Shown here: positions 42,217 through 54,783 of the stretch, piece after piece | How positions within the stretch are numbered: the first letter of the stretch is position 1 | How the letters are laid out: the number at the start of each line of letters is the position of its first letter | NCBI RefSeq assembly: GCF_009914755.1 | Contig: NC_060925.1 | From: the human T2T-CHM13v2.0 reference genome, Homo sapiens | Reading direction: 5' to 3' (one strand) | DNA: 64,000 bases | Notes under the pieces: generated by a model | Database searches by the model: none | Told to the model about the DNA's origin: nothing | The model's input: the letters and a program-made list of their open reading frames with translations, nothing else | Program-made: the position numbers and the translations under genes

Positions 42217-42769
42217 TTATGGAGCAACTCAAACTCTAATATATTGTTGGTGAATGTACATAGTTATACAAGTTATTTGGGAAAAGTTTCAGCACTTTCT
42301 TATAAAATTAAATAAACATCTAATTTTTAATCCAACAGTTCCTAGGTATTTACCCAAGATAAATGAAAGTTAATGGGAAAAGAAAGGCTTGTATAAGAAT
42401 GTTCATAGAAGCTTTATTCATATTATCCAGAACATAGAAATAGCCCTGGTTTCTATCAACAGAATAGAAAACGTTGTGTTATATTAATACAACAAAATAC
42501 AACCTGGCAATAAAAATAACTACTGATATGCGCAGCAACATGGATGAATCTCAAAGCCAGTATTCTGAGTGAAAATTGCCTTATACAAAAGAAAACATAC
42601 GTTGTTATTTCATTTATATGAAATTCTAAGGAGCACAATTATGCCTTTAAAAAGAAGAACAGAACAGTAATTGAAACTAACAGGGTAGGGAGCTAGGATT
42701 GACTGGGAAAGAGACATCAGGGAATTTTGTGGCTGGTATATTAATAATTTTGGGTTACACAGTTACACA

Positions 42770-43135
42770 CAGATAAAAATATATATGTACTGTACATATG
42801 ATTTTATTTATCATATATGGTACAGATACAAACATATATGTCTATCTGTATATCTATATATACAACTATATATAGATACATAGACATATATGTTTTATTG
42901 ACAAATTTATTGAATAGCATAAAGATTTTATATATGAAAATATATATCACCATATATAAAATCTTAAGTATGCTATTTAATTAATTTTGCCAAATATATA
43001 TACATATAACATATATATTACATATATATAAACACCTGGATTAGATGTCTTACATGGACAGTTTTAAATAATACATATATATATATAATATATATATACA
43101 CATTATTTTTTTGCAAAATATATATACATATATGA
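42770..43135. repeat. TA-rich complex region with nested inverted repeats
   Basis: Inverted arms at 42830-42895 and at 42898-42936 / 42951-42993. Confidence 0.85.
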
Positions 43136-43920
43136 AAAATCTATTGACTAGCATACTTGAGATTTTTGCATTTCACCCTGTTAATTTTATCTAGAAAAAC
43201 ACAAACATTTAACTTATAAGTTTAAGCATATTGAAGGGTTTAGGGATAAAATATAATGATATCTGTTATTCATTTTGAAATGTATAAAAATAAGGTGGAT
43301 TGATGGATGGATAGATAGGTAGATAAGTTTGTGATATATAACAAAATGTTGATTGTAGAATTTAAGTAGGGAGTAACACAGGTGTTCAATGACATTTCTA
43401 ATAATTTTTTATGTATTTGATAATGTTCATAATAAAATATTAGGATAAGGCATAGAGAAGAGAAACAATGATATACTACTGGAAAACTGAGTATCATTTG
43501 AGCATAGCCTTTGTTAAAGGACTTACTAGAAACATGTCTGAGAAGTAGAATAAATTTTACTTGTAAGAGAAATTCTGTGTCATACTTTGAACTTGAAATT
43601 ATATCATGACTTATATAGGAAAATGTTCATGTGATGTGCAGATCAGATCGCTTTATTTATTTAATCATTTTTATACTATAATTTTCGATAACTATACACT
43701 ATACTGACCATATGCCAGATTTTAATGCTATAATGAAAAGAGACACAATTTCATGGCCAGTAGAGATCATGTATGTGATGGATGCAGTCTCATGAATAGA
43801 AAACTAAAAGATAATGTTTTAGGTATTATTTTGAAGAAAAGACAAGAAACTTTGTAAATACCTAAATTAGATGTCGGACATGGGCAGTTTTAAAGAAAAA
43901 TTCTGCCACTGGTGTTGTGT

Positions 43921-44681
43921 TGTGAATACTGAATATTTGAGACAGGTCTTAGTCAACTTAGTGAGTATATTTTGCCAAAGTTAAGGATGCCTGCTTGTGA
44001 CGCAGCCTCAGGAGGTCCGAAAGACATCTGCCCAAGGTGGTCTGAGCACAGCTTGGTTTTGGACATTTTAGGGAGACATGAGACATCAATCAATATATGT
44101 AAGATGAACAAACATCGGAGCCTGGTGCAGTGGCTCACATCTGTAATCCCAGCACTTTGGGAGGCCAAGGCAAGTGGATCACTTGAGGTCAGGAGTTTGA
44201 GACTAGCCTGGCTAACATGGCAAACCTCATCTCTACTAAAAATACAAAATTTAACCGGGTGTGATAGCTTATAATCCCAGTGACTTGGAAGGCTGAGGCT
44301 TGAAAATCGCTGGAACCCGGGAGGTGGAGGTTGTAGTGAGCAGAGATCACGATGCCGTCACGGCACTCCAGACTGGGCGACAGAGTGAGACTTTATTTCA
44401 AAAAATAAAGAACATTGGTTTGGTCCGGAAAGGAGGGACAACTCAAAGCAAAGGCGGAAAAACTCCAAGTAGGGAGGGGGCTTCCAGGTCATAGGTAGAT
44501 AAGAGACAAATATTTGCATCCTTTTGAGTTTTTGGTTAGACTTTCCAAAGGTGGCAATCAGATATGCATTTATCTCAGTAAGCAGAGGAATAAACTTTGA
44601 GTAGAATGAGAGGCAGGTTTGCTCTAAGCAGTTCCATAGTTGACTTTTCCCTTTAGCTTAGTTATTAATTTTCCTTTCACA
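43921..44681 (-). mobile_element. MER4A-like ERV1 solo LTR, interrupted by an Alu
   Basis: TGTGAA..GAGACAGGTC..CAGCCTCAGGAGGTCC..TTGACTTTTCCCTTTAGCTTAG..TTTCCTTTCACA. Confidence 0.88.
44119..44409 (+). mobile_element. AluS inside the MER4A LTR
   Basis: Dimer; TSD AACATCGG / AACATTGG. Confidence 0.92.
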
Positions 44682-45950
44682 GCATAAAGGATAGACTGAA
44701 GTTTTTGCAATAGGAGTGGTAAGAAGAAAAGTTCATGAAGGATATTGGTAGTACAGTTGGAGAAGGGTACATCCTAAAATGCAATAATGCACATCCAAGT
44801 CCCTTTACCATGAAATAACTCAGCTTTGTTTTAAGTGATTTGGTGCGATAAAATGGTGTCAGGAGCAAAATGATTCCAGGGAAGATGAAAAAGTATTACA
44901 GTTACAAAAGTACTTAATAAAATGCAAGAGAAAGAATGCTTTCTCTGCTTGAGAATGCTATTTATTGCCTGGTGTTGGCGTCAGATTTTCGAAAATTTCA
45001 TGTAGCTTTACCCAAAGCTTAAAATCACAATGCTAATGCTCACTATCATTCATGCTAGCCACCCCCCACCGCCGCTCCCTGCAGGGTAGTCTTTTTTCTA
45101 TCTGTTTTCTGAATGGATCAAATAATTCAGACCACCCCAGTGAAGTCTAATGAGGATGAGCTTTTACATTTATCTAGGGAAAAATGTGTTCAGAGCTAAT
45201 GAGGCATTGCAGGGAAAATAGACCTAGCCATAAGCAATCTCCATAAGAAGAGAACATTTCAGCAGTCTAATTCAAAGACTGCATTGTGTGTGCGTGTGTG
45301 TTCAGGAAAGACATCTTCTCTTTAACGTCTCACCCTTAATCCAAATTTCACTTGAAAGAAGGAGTAAAAATGTGAAGAAGACACTTTAACTTTTTATTTT
45401 AAGAAATGAACAGGCAATATTCTTCTATGAAAAGCCAATAGCCATTTTTCTTCAGAAATAAAATTCCTCAGAAAATTCAAAGATTTAATTACATTACACA
45501 GGAAAATCATGTTGGAAACGGAAGAAAGCATTCTTAGTTCACGTATTTTGCATACCTTTTTGTATACAGGAAAAGCAGGATTTTGCTTTAAATAATATAT
45601 CTCAAAGAACACTACAGTTTAAATTGTATTAACTGATTGAGACTACTTCAGGGAACATTTAATACTATGAAATACTGATTTATTTGGTAGCATCATAATT
45701 ATAAAGAGCAACCCTCAACCAAAAAAATGATGCAGATTCATTTATAAACAAAAGTCCCATGCTACTTAGGTGAGTTTACACTCATGTACTACTCGAGGTC
45801 CTAGAACTTCCCCATGAAATAACATCACTTGCCCACAGTGGTGACTTCCTGGCTAATGAACTCTTTAACAGCCTTCTCTTAATCTCTTTCTCACTTCTCT
45901 ACCAATGCTTTCTGGATTCACATTTTAAATATCCTGCTTGCTTGTGAATT

Positions 45951-46494
45951 TGTTACTGGAAGGAGATCCTGATCCAGACCCCAAAGAAGGGTACTTGGAT
46001 CTTGCACAAGAAAGAGTTCAAGGTGAGTCCATAGAGTAAGCTGAACGCAAGTTTATTAAGAAAGTAAAGGAATAAAAGAATGGCTACTCCATAGGCAGAG
46101 CAGCCCTGAGGGCTGCTGATTGCTTGTTTTTATGGTTATTTATTGCTTATATGCTAAACAAGGGGTGGATTATTCATTCCCTCCCCTTTTGAGACCATAT
46201 ACGGTAACTTCCTGACATTGCCATGGCATTTGTAAACTGTCATGGCTTTGGTAGGAATGTAACAGTGAGGACGACCAGAAGTCACTCTTGTGGCCATCTT
46301 GAATTTGGTTGGCTTCTTTACTGCAAGCTGTTTTATCAGCAAAGTTTTTAAGACCTGTATCTTGTGCTGACCTCCTATCTCATCCTGTGATTTAGAATGC
46401 CTAACTGTCTGGGAATGCAGCGCAGTAGGGTGCTGCCTTATTTTACCAAGCCCCTATTCAAGATAGAGTTGCTCTGGTTCAAATGCCTCTGACA
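45951..46494 (-). mobile_element. MER41A solo LTR inserted in an older LTR16-like remnant
   Basis: 544 bp, TGTTAC..GATCCAGACCCCAAAG..CAAATGCCTCTGACA; TSD AATT/AATA; lacks the MER41B GAS segment. Confidence 0.88.
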
Positions 46495-46699
46495 AATATG
46501 TCTGCTTCTTGAAGAAACCAAGGAAAATGACGGTATTTTAATTCTTAATGCATAGCTAGATTCTCTTAGCGTATATATTATCTAGAATTTTTGTTGTTTT
46601 CTTAAAACGTGAAGCTATACATTCATTTTTTGTATTACTGCTATCTGGTTCTTGGAATCAAATTATATTAGTCCCATGAGATCTAAAATTATTATTGCA

Positions 46700-47500
46700 T
46701 AGTTCATAATTTTGCTTTTAAATATTTTGTTTTAAGATAGACTTCATTTTGTATGTATTTTGTTTATTTGCAACTCTTCTATTTTTTTCTAATTTAGTCT
46801 TGTCAAAGAGATAATTGTCTTTATGCAGAACCTGTTTTTGGTTTGTTTAATTGTTTTCTCCTGCTTATTTCATTGATTTCAGATTTTATCTTTATTCTTT
46901 CTTTCCATCATATTACTTTGGGTTTCCTCCGTTGCTTTTTTCTCTAATTTATTTTGTTTAATGCTTAACCCATTTGTTTAAGTCATCTATTTAGATAGTT
47001 TAAATACATATTTTAAATATATTTAGGGTCATTATGTCCATGTAAGGATTATTTTAGTTGTGTCACATAGAATGTGACATATAGTTTTTAAAATATCAAT
47101 TATGAGTATTTTTAATTTTTAAAAGTTCTTTATGACTTTTTTCTAACCTAAGGATTATTTAGTAACATACTAAATTGTCTTCAAATATGAAACATTTTTA
47201 AAGCTACCATTTAAATGTTAATTTCTAATTTTACTGTACTTCAGATAGAGAGGGAAATCTGTAGAATAATGATTTCTTAGGAATTTAAATGAAAGTTTTA
47301 AATAAGTGTATATATGCTCTATTTTTTTACCATTTCAGTATGGGTATTCCTCTGTCTTATATGTTCATTTTATGAATTATTTCGTATGTATATATATATG
47401 ACAAATGTTTCTCCATTATTTTGAAGAATACTTCTTATTTTTACAAATATTCTCTATCCTTTCCCCTTACTTCCCTCTGGGATTTGTAATTTCAAGATGT
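46700..47500 (-). mobile_element. Degenerate old L1M fragment
   Basis: T-rich antisense ORF2-like motifs (TTCATTGATTTC..TTATCTTTATT, ATTTCTAATTTTACTGT). Confidence 0.5.
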
Positions 47501-47525
47501 TAATGTTCTTGATCCTCTATAAATG

Positions 47526-48770
47526 TGTGTCAGTTTCCTATGGCTCCTATGAGAAATTACCACAAACTTAGTGGCTTAAAACACAAATTAATTATTTTAA
47601 AGTTCTGAAGATCAGAAGTCTGAAATGTGTTTCACTTGGCCAAAACCAAAACGTATAGGGCCTTACTCACTCTGAGGGCTGAATCTGTTTTCTGTCTTGT
47701 TTCAGCTTCTAGAGCTGAAACGACCTTTACAAAATTATAACAAAGAAAGAAATCTAACATAGCTAGCCATTTTCTTCTAAATTGACAAGCTGTTTCTGCT
47801 TTGCTCATTCCTACATGCAGGTCAAGCTAACTATGGGAGGAATTTGTTTTCGAGTTTAACTTTAAAGCAAGAATGAGAATAGCTCCTTCCCAAAACTAAT
47901 CTTCTTGTTCAGGAACCAAAACTGCCTTTGTAAAGGTAATGAAAGGCCACGAAGTTAAAATTATGGTAGGGGCCTAAATTCTGCTGAGATGTAGGCATAG
48001 TTTAACTCTTACAAGTCATTGTTTCTTCTGCTAAGATGTAGGTACAGTTAACTCTAACAAATCAATGTTTTATAACTTGCCTATTTGTAAGTGCCTGCTG
48101 CTCAGGAGTCATGTAGCCAGTGGTCACGAGATTTACAATTTCCTCAGTTGCCCCTATAGATAACATTACTATTGTAAAACCTAAGACTGGTGTTTGAGAA
48201 TTTTTCAGACCTTGCATTCTGGTGAACCAACTGGTACCATCTGGACCAGGAACCCATCCCAAGAAATTGACTCAACAGATTCCTGACTTCCATCCAGGAA
48301 CTGACTCAGCACACAAGAAAGTTTCAACGCCTTGATGATTTCATCCCCAACCCAACAAATCAGCATTCCCCATTCCCCATTCCCTAGCTCCCTGCCTGTC
48401 AAATCATCCTGGAAAAATCCTTGCCTTTGAATTCTAAAGAAGGTGGATTTGAGAAATATTTCCCCTCCTCCTTTCTTTGTCATCCTGCAATTATTAAACT
48501 CTTTCTCTGCTGCAACTTCTACTATCTCAGACTTTTCTGCCCAGATTTTTCTGGGCAGTGGGCACGAAGAACTCATATGGGCAATAAGAGAGCTGCATTC
48601 CTTGTAATTCTTGGCTCATGGTCCCTTCCACTATCTTCAAAGCCAGAGAATAGCCTCTTCAAAATCTCTCTCTGCTTCTCTTTTCACATTTGGACTCACC
48701 AAGACAATCAAGAATAATCTTCCATCTCATTAATCTAATTTAATCACATCTGCAAAGTTCCTTTTGCCTA
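47526..48770 (-). mobile_element. MLT1C/D-like LTR, split by an LTR8
   Basis: AAATTACCACAAACTTAGTGGCTTAAAAC..CAGCTTCTAGAGC, resuming GAGCTGC..ATCACATCTGCAAAG. Confidence 0.85.
47716..48589 (+). mobile_element. LTR8-family ERV1 solo LTR
   Basis: TGAAACGACCTTTACAAAATTAT..GCTAACTATGGGAGGAATTT..ATTAAACTCTTTCTCTGCTGCAA; TSD GAGC. Confidence 0.85.
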
Positions 48771-50212
48771 TCACAATTGCTTAGTTTCTTTTTTCTTATT
48801 AAAAAAAATTATTATACTGGATATGGCTGAACAAAGAATTACTGACCTTATGGATATCTTAATGTAAACTTCCAAAGCTGAAAAGTAAAGGGAAAAAAGA
48901 TTTCCCTAAACTTTAATATCCAAGAACTGTGGGCACCTGCAAAAAGTGAAGCACATATGTAATGGAAATACGAGAAAGAGAAAGAAAAAAAAAGAAACAG
49001 AAGAAATATTGAAACAATGATGCCTGACAATTTCCCAAGTTAATGTCAGACAACAAACCACAAATCTGGGAAAATCAGAGAACACTAAATATGATAAATG
49101 CAAAGTAAAATAAAATAAAAATAAACTACATCCAGATATATTATATTCAAACTATAATCTAAGGTTTTTAAAAAAAATCTTTAAAAAATCTAGAAGGAAA
49201 TCACATCTTACTATAGAGGAACAGAGGTAAGAATTATATCTAACTTCTCGTTCAAATCCATGTAAGATAGTGAAGTTAAATCATTAAAGTGTTGAAAGAA
49301 AAAGCAAAAATATCTGCCTAGAATTTTATATCTTATAAAATACTTTCTCAGATAAACAAAAACTAAATTGAAAAAATGTTTTGCCAATATACCTGTCTTG
49401 CAAGAAATGCTAAAAGTAATTTTTTAGAAAGAAGGGAAATTATCAGAAATACAGATCTGCATAACTAAAGGAGGAGCATGAAAGATGGAATAAGGGAAGG
49501 TAAAATAAAATTTCTCATCTCATTCTTAATCTGCCAGATACATTTATTCAAAATAATAATAGCAACAATGTATTTGATTATGTATGCTTATGTATATATC
49601 TTATACATGTAGATATTCATGTTTATATATGTTTATATACAGGTGAAAAGAATGGCAGAAATGATAGAAGGGATAGGAGGTAGAAATTAGAATTATTTTG
49701 TTATTACAAGGTACTTACAATACCTGTGAAATGGCATAGTGTTATTGAAAAGTGTAACTGGATTGTAAGTGTGTATCACAAATTCTAGAGCTGCCACTAA
49801 AAAGTAATAAAAGATATATAACTAACACTCTAAGAAAGAAGAGAAAATTTAATCATAAAAAATGCTCAATTAAAACCACAAAAGGCAGAAAAAGAGTGAA
49901 AGGAAGAGAAGTAGAACAAATAGAAAAAGTAACAAATATTATAGATATTAGATATTGTATATTGTATAACTATATCAATAATACCTTTTAATAGCAATGG
50001 TCTAAATATACCAGTTAAAAGACAGACTATTAGAGTGGTTCAAAAACAAGACTCATATACATGTTGTCTACAAAAAACTCACTTTAATGGAAAAGATACA
50101 TATAGACTAAAAGTAAATAGATAGAGAAAGATATATCATACTAACACTTATCAAAAGAAAGTGGGTGTAGCTATATTAATTCAGGTAGAGCAAACTTCAA
50201 AGCAAGAAAACT

Positions 50213-51580
50213 TACAAAAATAGACATATAGAGCTATAATCGAATAGAGAGCCCAGAAATAATGTCACACATTTACAATAATTTAATCTTTCACAAAGAT
50301 GACAAAAACAAGCAATGGGGAAAAGACTTTCTATTCAATAAGTGGTGCTGAGATAACTGGCTAGCCATATACAGAAGACTGAAACTGGACCCCTTCCTTA
50401 CACCATATACAAAAATCAATTCAACATGTACTAAAGAATTCAATATAAAACCTAAAACTATAAAAACCCTGGAAGATAATGTAGAAAATACTATTTTGAA
50501 CATAGTCTCTGGCAAAGACTTCTTGACAAAGATACCAAAACCAATTGCAACACAAACAAAACTTGACTAAATGTAACCTAATTAAACTAAAAATCTTCGG
50601 CACAGCAAAAGAAACTACCAAACAGAGTAAATAGACAACCTACAGAATGGGAGAAAATATTTGAAAACTATGCATCTGACAAAGGTCTAATGTCCAGATT
50701 CTATAAGGAACTTGAACAAATTGACAAGCAAAAAACAACTCTATTAAAAAGTGAGCAAAGGACATGAACAGATACTTTCCAAAAGAAGACATACATGTGG
50801 CCAAGAAGCATATGAAAAAAATGCTCAACATCACTAATCATTAGAGAAATGCAAATCAAAACCACATTAAGATGCCATCTTACACCAGTTAAAATGGTTA
50901 TTATTAAAAATTCAAAAAAAACAACAGATGCTAGCAAGCATAGAAAAGGGAGCACTTATACACTGCTGGTAGAAACGTAAATTAGTTTAGTCATTGTTGA
51001 AAGCTGTGTGGTGATTTCTCAAATAACTGAAAACAGAATTACCATTCAACCCGGCAATCGCATTATTAGTTATATACCCAAATGCAATATAAATCATTCT
51101 GCCATAAAGACACATACAGGCATATCATATGTTCATTGCAGCACTATTCACAACAAAGAAATGAAATCAACTTAAATGCCCATGGTAGACTGGATAAGGA
51201 AAATGCAGTACATATACACCATGTAATGCTATGCCGCCATAAAAAAAGAACAAAGTCATGTTCTTTGCAGCAACATGAATGGAGCTGGTGGACTTAGCCA
51301 ACTAACACAGGAACAGAAAACCAAGTATCACATTCTGTCCTTTGTAAGTGGGAGCTACACATTGAGGACACATGGACACAAAGAAGGAAACAAGAAACAC
51401 CAGGGCTTACTTGAGTGTGGAGCACGGAAGGAGGGAGAGGATCAAAAAACTACCAGTTGGGTACTATGCATATTGTCTAGGTGACAGAAAATCTGTACAC
51501 CAAATCTCTGTGGCACAAAATTTACCTGTATTACAAACCTGCACATGTACCCCTGAATCTAAAATGGAAATTTTAAAAAC
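50213..51580 (+). mobile_element. 5'-truncated L1PA13-16-like element
   Basis: ORF2 3' part (CTATTCAATAAGTGGTGCTG) and 3' UTR GGAGAGGATCAAAAAACTACC..CTGCACATGTACCCCTGAA. Confidence 0.9.
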
Positions 51581-52053
51581 ATTATTACATTGTGATAAAC
51601 GATTCATTCTCCAAGAGGACATAACAATCTTTAATGTGTATATGTCTAACAACAGGGCATAAAAATAGGTGAGGCAAAAATTGACAGAACTGCAAGGAGA
51701 AATAGATGAATCCAATATTATAGTTGAAGAATTCAACACTCCTCTGTCAGAAATGAACAGATCCAGAAGGCAGAAGATCAGTTAGGACGTAGTTGAACAT
51801 AACACAATCATCAATCAACTGGATATAACGGATATTTGTAGTCTACTTTATCCACCAACAGCTGACCGCACCTTCTTCTCAGGCTCACATGGAATATTCA
51901 GCAAGGCAGGCCACATTTGGGGTTGTAAAACATGCCTTAAGAAATTTAAAAGAATAGAAATCATACAATGTGTGCTTTCAAACCACAATGAAATTAAACT
52001 ACAAATCAATAACAGAAAGATAACTGGAAAATCCCAAAACACATGGAGAATGA

Positions 52054-52471
<418 letters not shown>

Positions 52472-53589
52472 AGCAAAAACAGATCTTAATGGGGTTTTAT
52501 AGCATTGAATGTATATATTAGAAAATAAGAGAGATCTACAATCAATTATCTAAGCATCCACATAAGAAACTAGGAAAAAAAGAGCAAATTCAGTTTAAAG
52601 TAGGTAAAAGAAAAGAAAGAATAAAAGTTAGAACAGAAGTCAATGAATTTGAAAACAGGGAGTCAATAGAAAAAAGTCAACAAAATCAAAAGCTTGCCTT
52701 TAAAAGATCAATAAAATCATTAAGACTCTAGCCAGGCTAACTAGAAAAAGAGAAAGCAAACAAATTAATAATACCAGCAATGAAAGAGAGCATATCACTA
52801 TAGATGCCATAGTCATTAAAAAAATAATACAGGAAACAATAAAATAAATTAACAATACAAATAAATAAATAAAATAATAAATAACAAAACAATAATAAAA
52901 AGATAATACAGGAAAACAATAAATAACTCACAAATTTGATAACCTACAAGCAATGAAGTGATTTCTTGAAAGACACAATCTGCCAAAACAGGACAAATCA
53001 ACAACTCCTATATGATGCTTCTCTACCAAGAAACTCTTCTGATTTTAGCTTGTAGAAATCTACAGCTCTAGCAGAGAACATTTTCGTAGGTTGTCATCCA
53101 AGTTTCCTGGGTGTTGTAGGGGGAGAAGATCAGCATGTACCTGTTTTCCTCTCTGCAGCTGGGCTTTTGACGTCTCAGTCATTGCCCATCCAAAACCTGT
53201 TGTAGTTTTTTATTTCTCTCACTGACGAGGAGGACATGATAATCCAAGGCAATGCAAGAAAGGGGGAAAGTGGAAATAGAGAGTGTTCCTCTAACTTAAT
53301 CCCTTGCTGCCACTTTTAGTTACCATCAGTGCCTGGCTGCAGCTATCCCTCCACAAAGAGTCACACAGACCCACAACAGTTCATGATAGCCTTCTGTCTT
53401 CCCAAGGATTTCTCATTTTTTTGTAAGTTCCTAAGATCCATGTTCTCCTTTATTTCCATATATTTGCTTTGTAGAGAAGGTTCCAGCAGGACATGCTAGT
53501 TCTCCATTCTGACAGGAAGATGAAACCTCTTTTCAGAATGGAGTTTATATTGGCCCCAGACAATGGATCATTATTGGTTTAATTCTAGA

Positions 53590-53945
53590 ATGGTTTCTTG
53601 TTCTTTGCTTCCCAGCCTCTCTTGCAGCTAGACCTAGTCACATGGCCCACTGTGCCCAATAAAATTAAAGGAAATTCTGATGTTGGACTTTTAGAAGTCC
53701 TTATTATTTCCTAACAAAAGATTTATCATTTTATCTTTAGCATCTTGAATATAGATGTGATGCCCAGAAAAAAACCGCAGTCATTGTGTAAGCAGGAGCG
53801 GAAAGACAAAAGAACAGCAGAGGCTAACCCTGATATCATTGACCTTGTGAACGGATGCCAGCATCTACCTACTTCCAGATTGCTTAGTTAAAAAAAAAAT
53901 TGTTATGCCACCGTTAATTGTGGTTAATATTATGTGAAACATGCA
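53590..53945 (+). mobile_element. MLT1 (I/J/K-like) LTR remnant
   Basis: TTCCCAGCCTCTCTTGCAGCTAG..GTCACATG; CTACCTACTTCCAGATT. Confidence 0.65.
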
Positions 53946-54591
53946 AATGACCAGCTTTTTATTTTACACAATAGTTTCTAAGAGGAAAATAACTAATATT
54001 TAGGAAATACTTAGGAGTTTCAAGGTAATTGTGCCAGAGACTCTAAATAAATCATTTCAATTACACTTCATAGAAAGCCCGCATGGAGTTATACAATTTC
54101 CATTTTTTTGATTAGAGAATTTGGGCTGAGGGAAGGGAAATAACCTTGCTGAGGGCTAAAATTTAAATATAGGTCTGCTTTTTCCAATATACCGTATTAC
54201 CTGCCCAATCTATCTGTTTATAATACCAAATGGATCTACATGTGGGAATTCATATATTTACAGTGACTTTTAACTATTTTCCTTGTCCCAGGGAGGCTTG
54301 TTTTTGTAAATGGCACTCATTTCTGTTTAACATTTACAGCCCTAATTCCTTTGGTTCTCAAGATTTTTTACCATTATATTGCACTATCATAAGGCAAACC
54401 CCCTTGAGCGGGCATGCTCTTAAATACTTACCAGCTAACAGATAATATAGTATTGAAATCTAGCCTGGAGAGAATGGGGCATGAGCTAGGCACTTGATGA
54501 TGGTTCTGAAAAGGGAGGTTAAAATTTCCCAAAGACAGTCTTTGTCTCCTGTGCTATTCTGTTTAAGACAGGTCCTGGGGATATGATGTCC

Positions 54592-54633
<42 letters not shown>

Positions 54634-54783
54634 CTTTAAGTCTTAGGGTACATGTGAACAACATGCAGGTTTGTTACATATGTATACTTGTGCCATGTTG
54701 GTGTGCTGCACCCATTAACTCGTCATTTAGCATTAGGTATATCTCCTAATGCTATCCCTCCCCACTCCTGCCACCCCACAACA
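54592..54783 (-). mobile_element. Very short 3' end of a young L1 (L1PA3-like) with a (TAA)n tail
   Basis: ATACTTTAAG..GGGTACATGTG..CCCATTAACTCGTCATTTAGCATTAGGTATATCTCCTAATGC. Confidence 0.93.

Noticed and set aside
45055-45090. Short GC-rich patch as a possible promoter
   Set aside because: Only about 30 bp with two CpGs; no CpG island or downstream exon.
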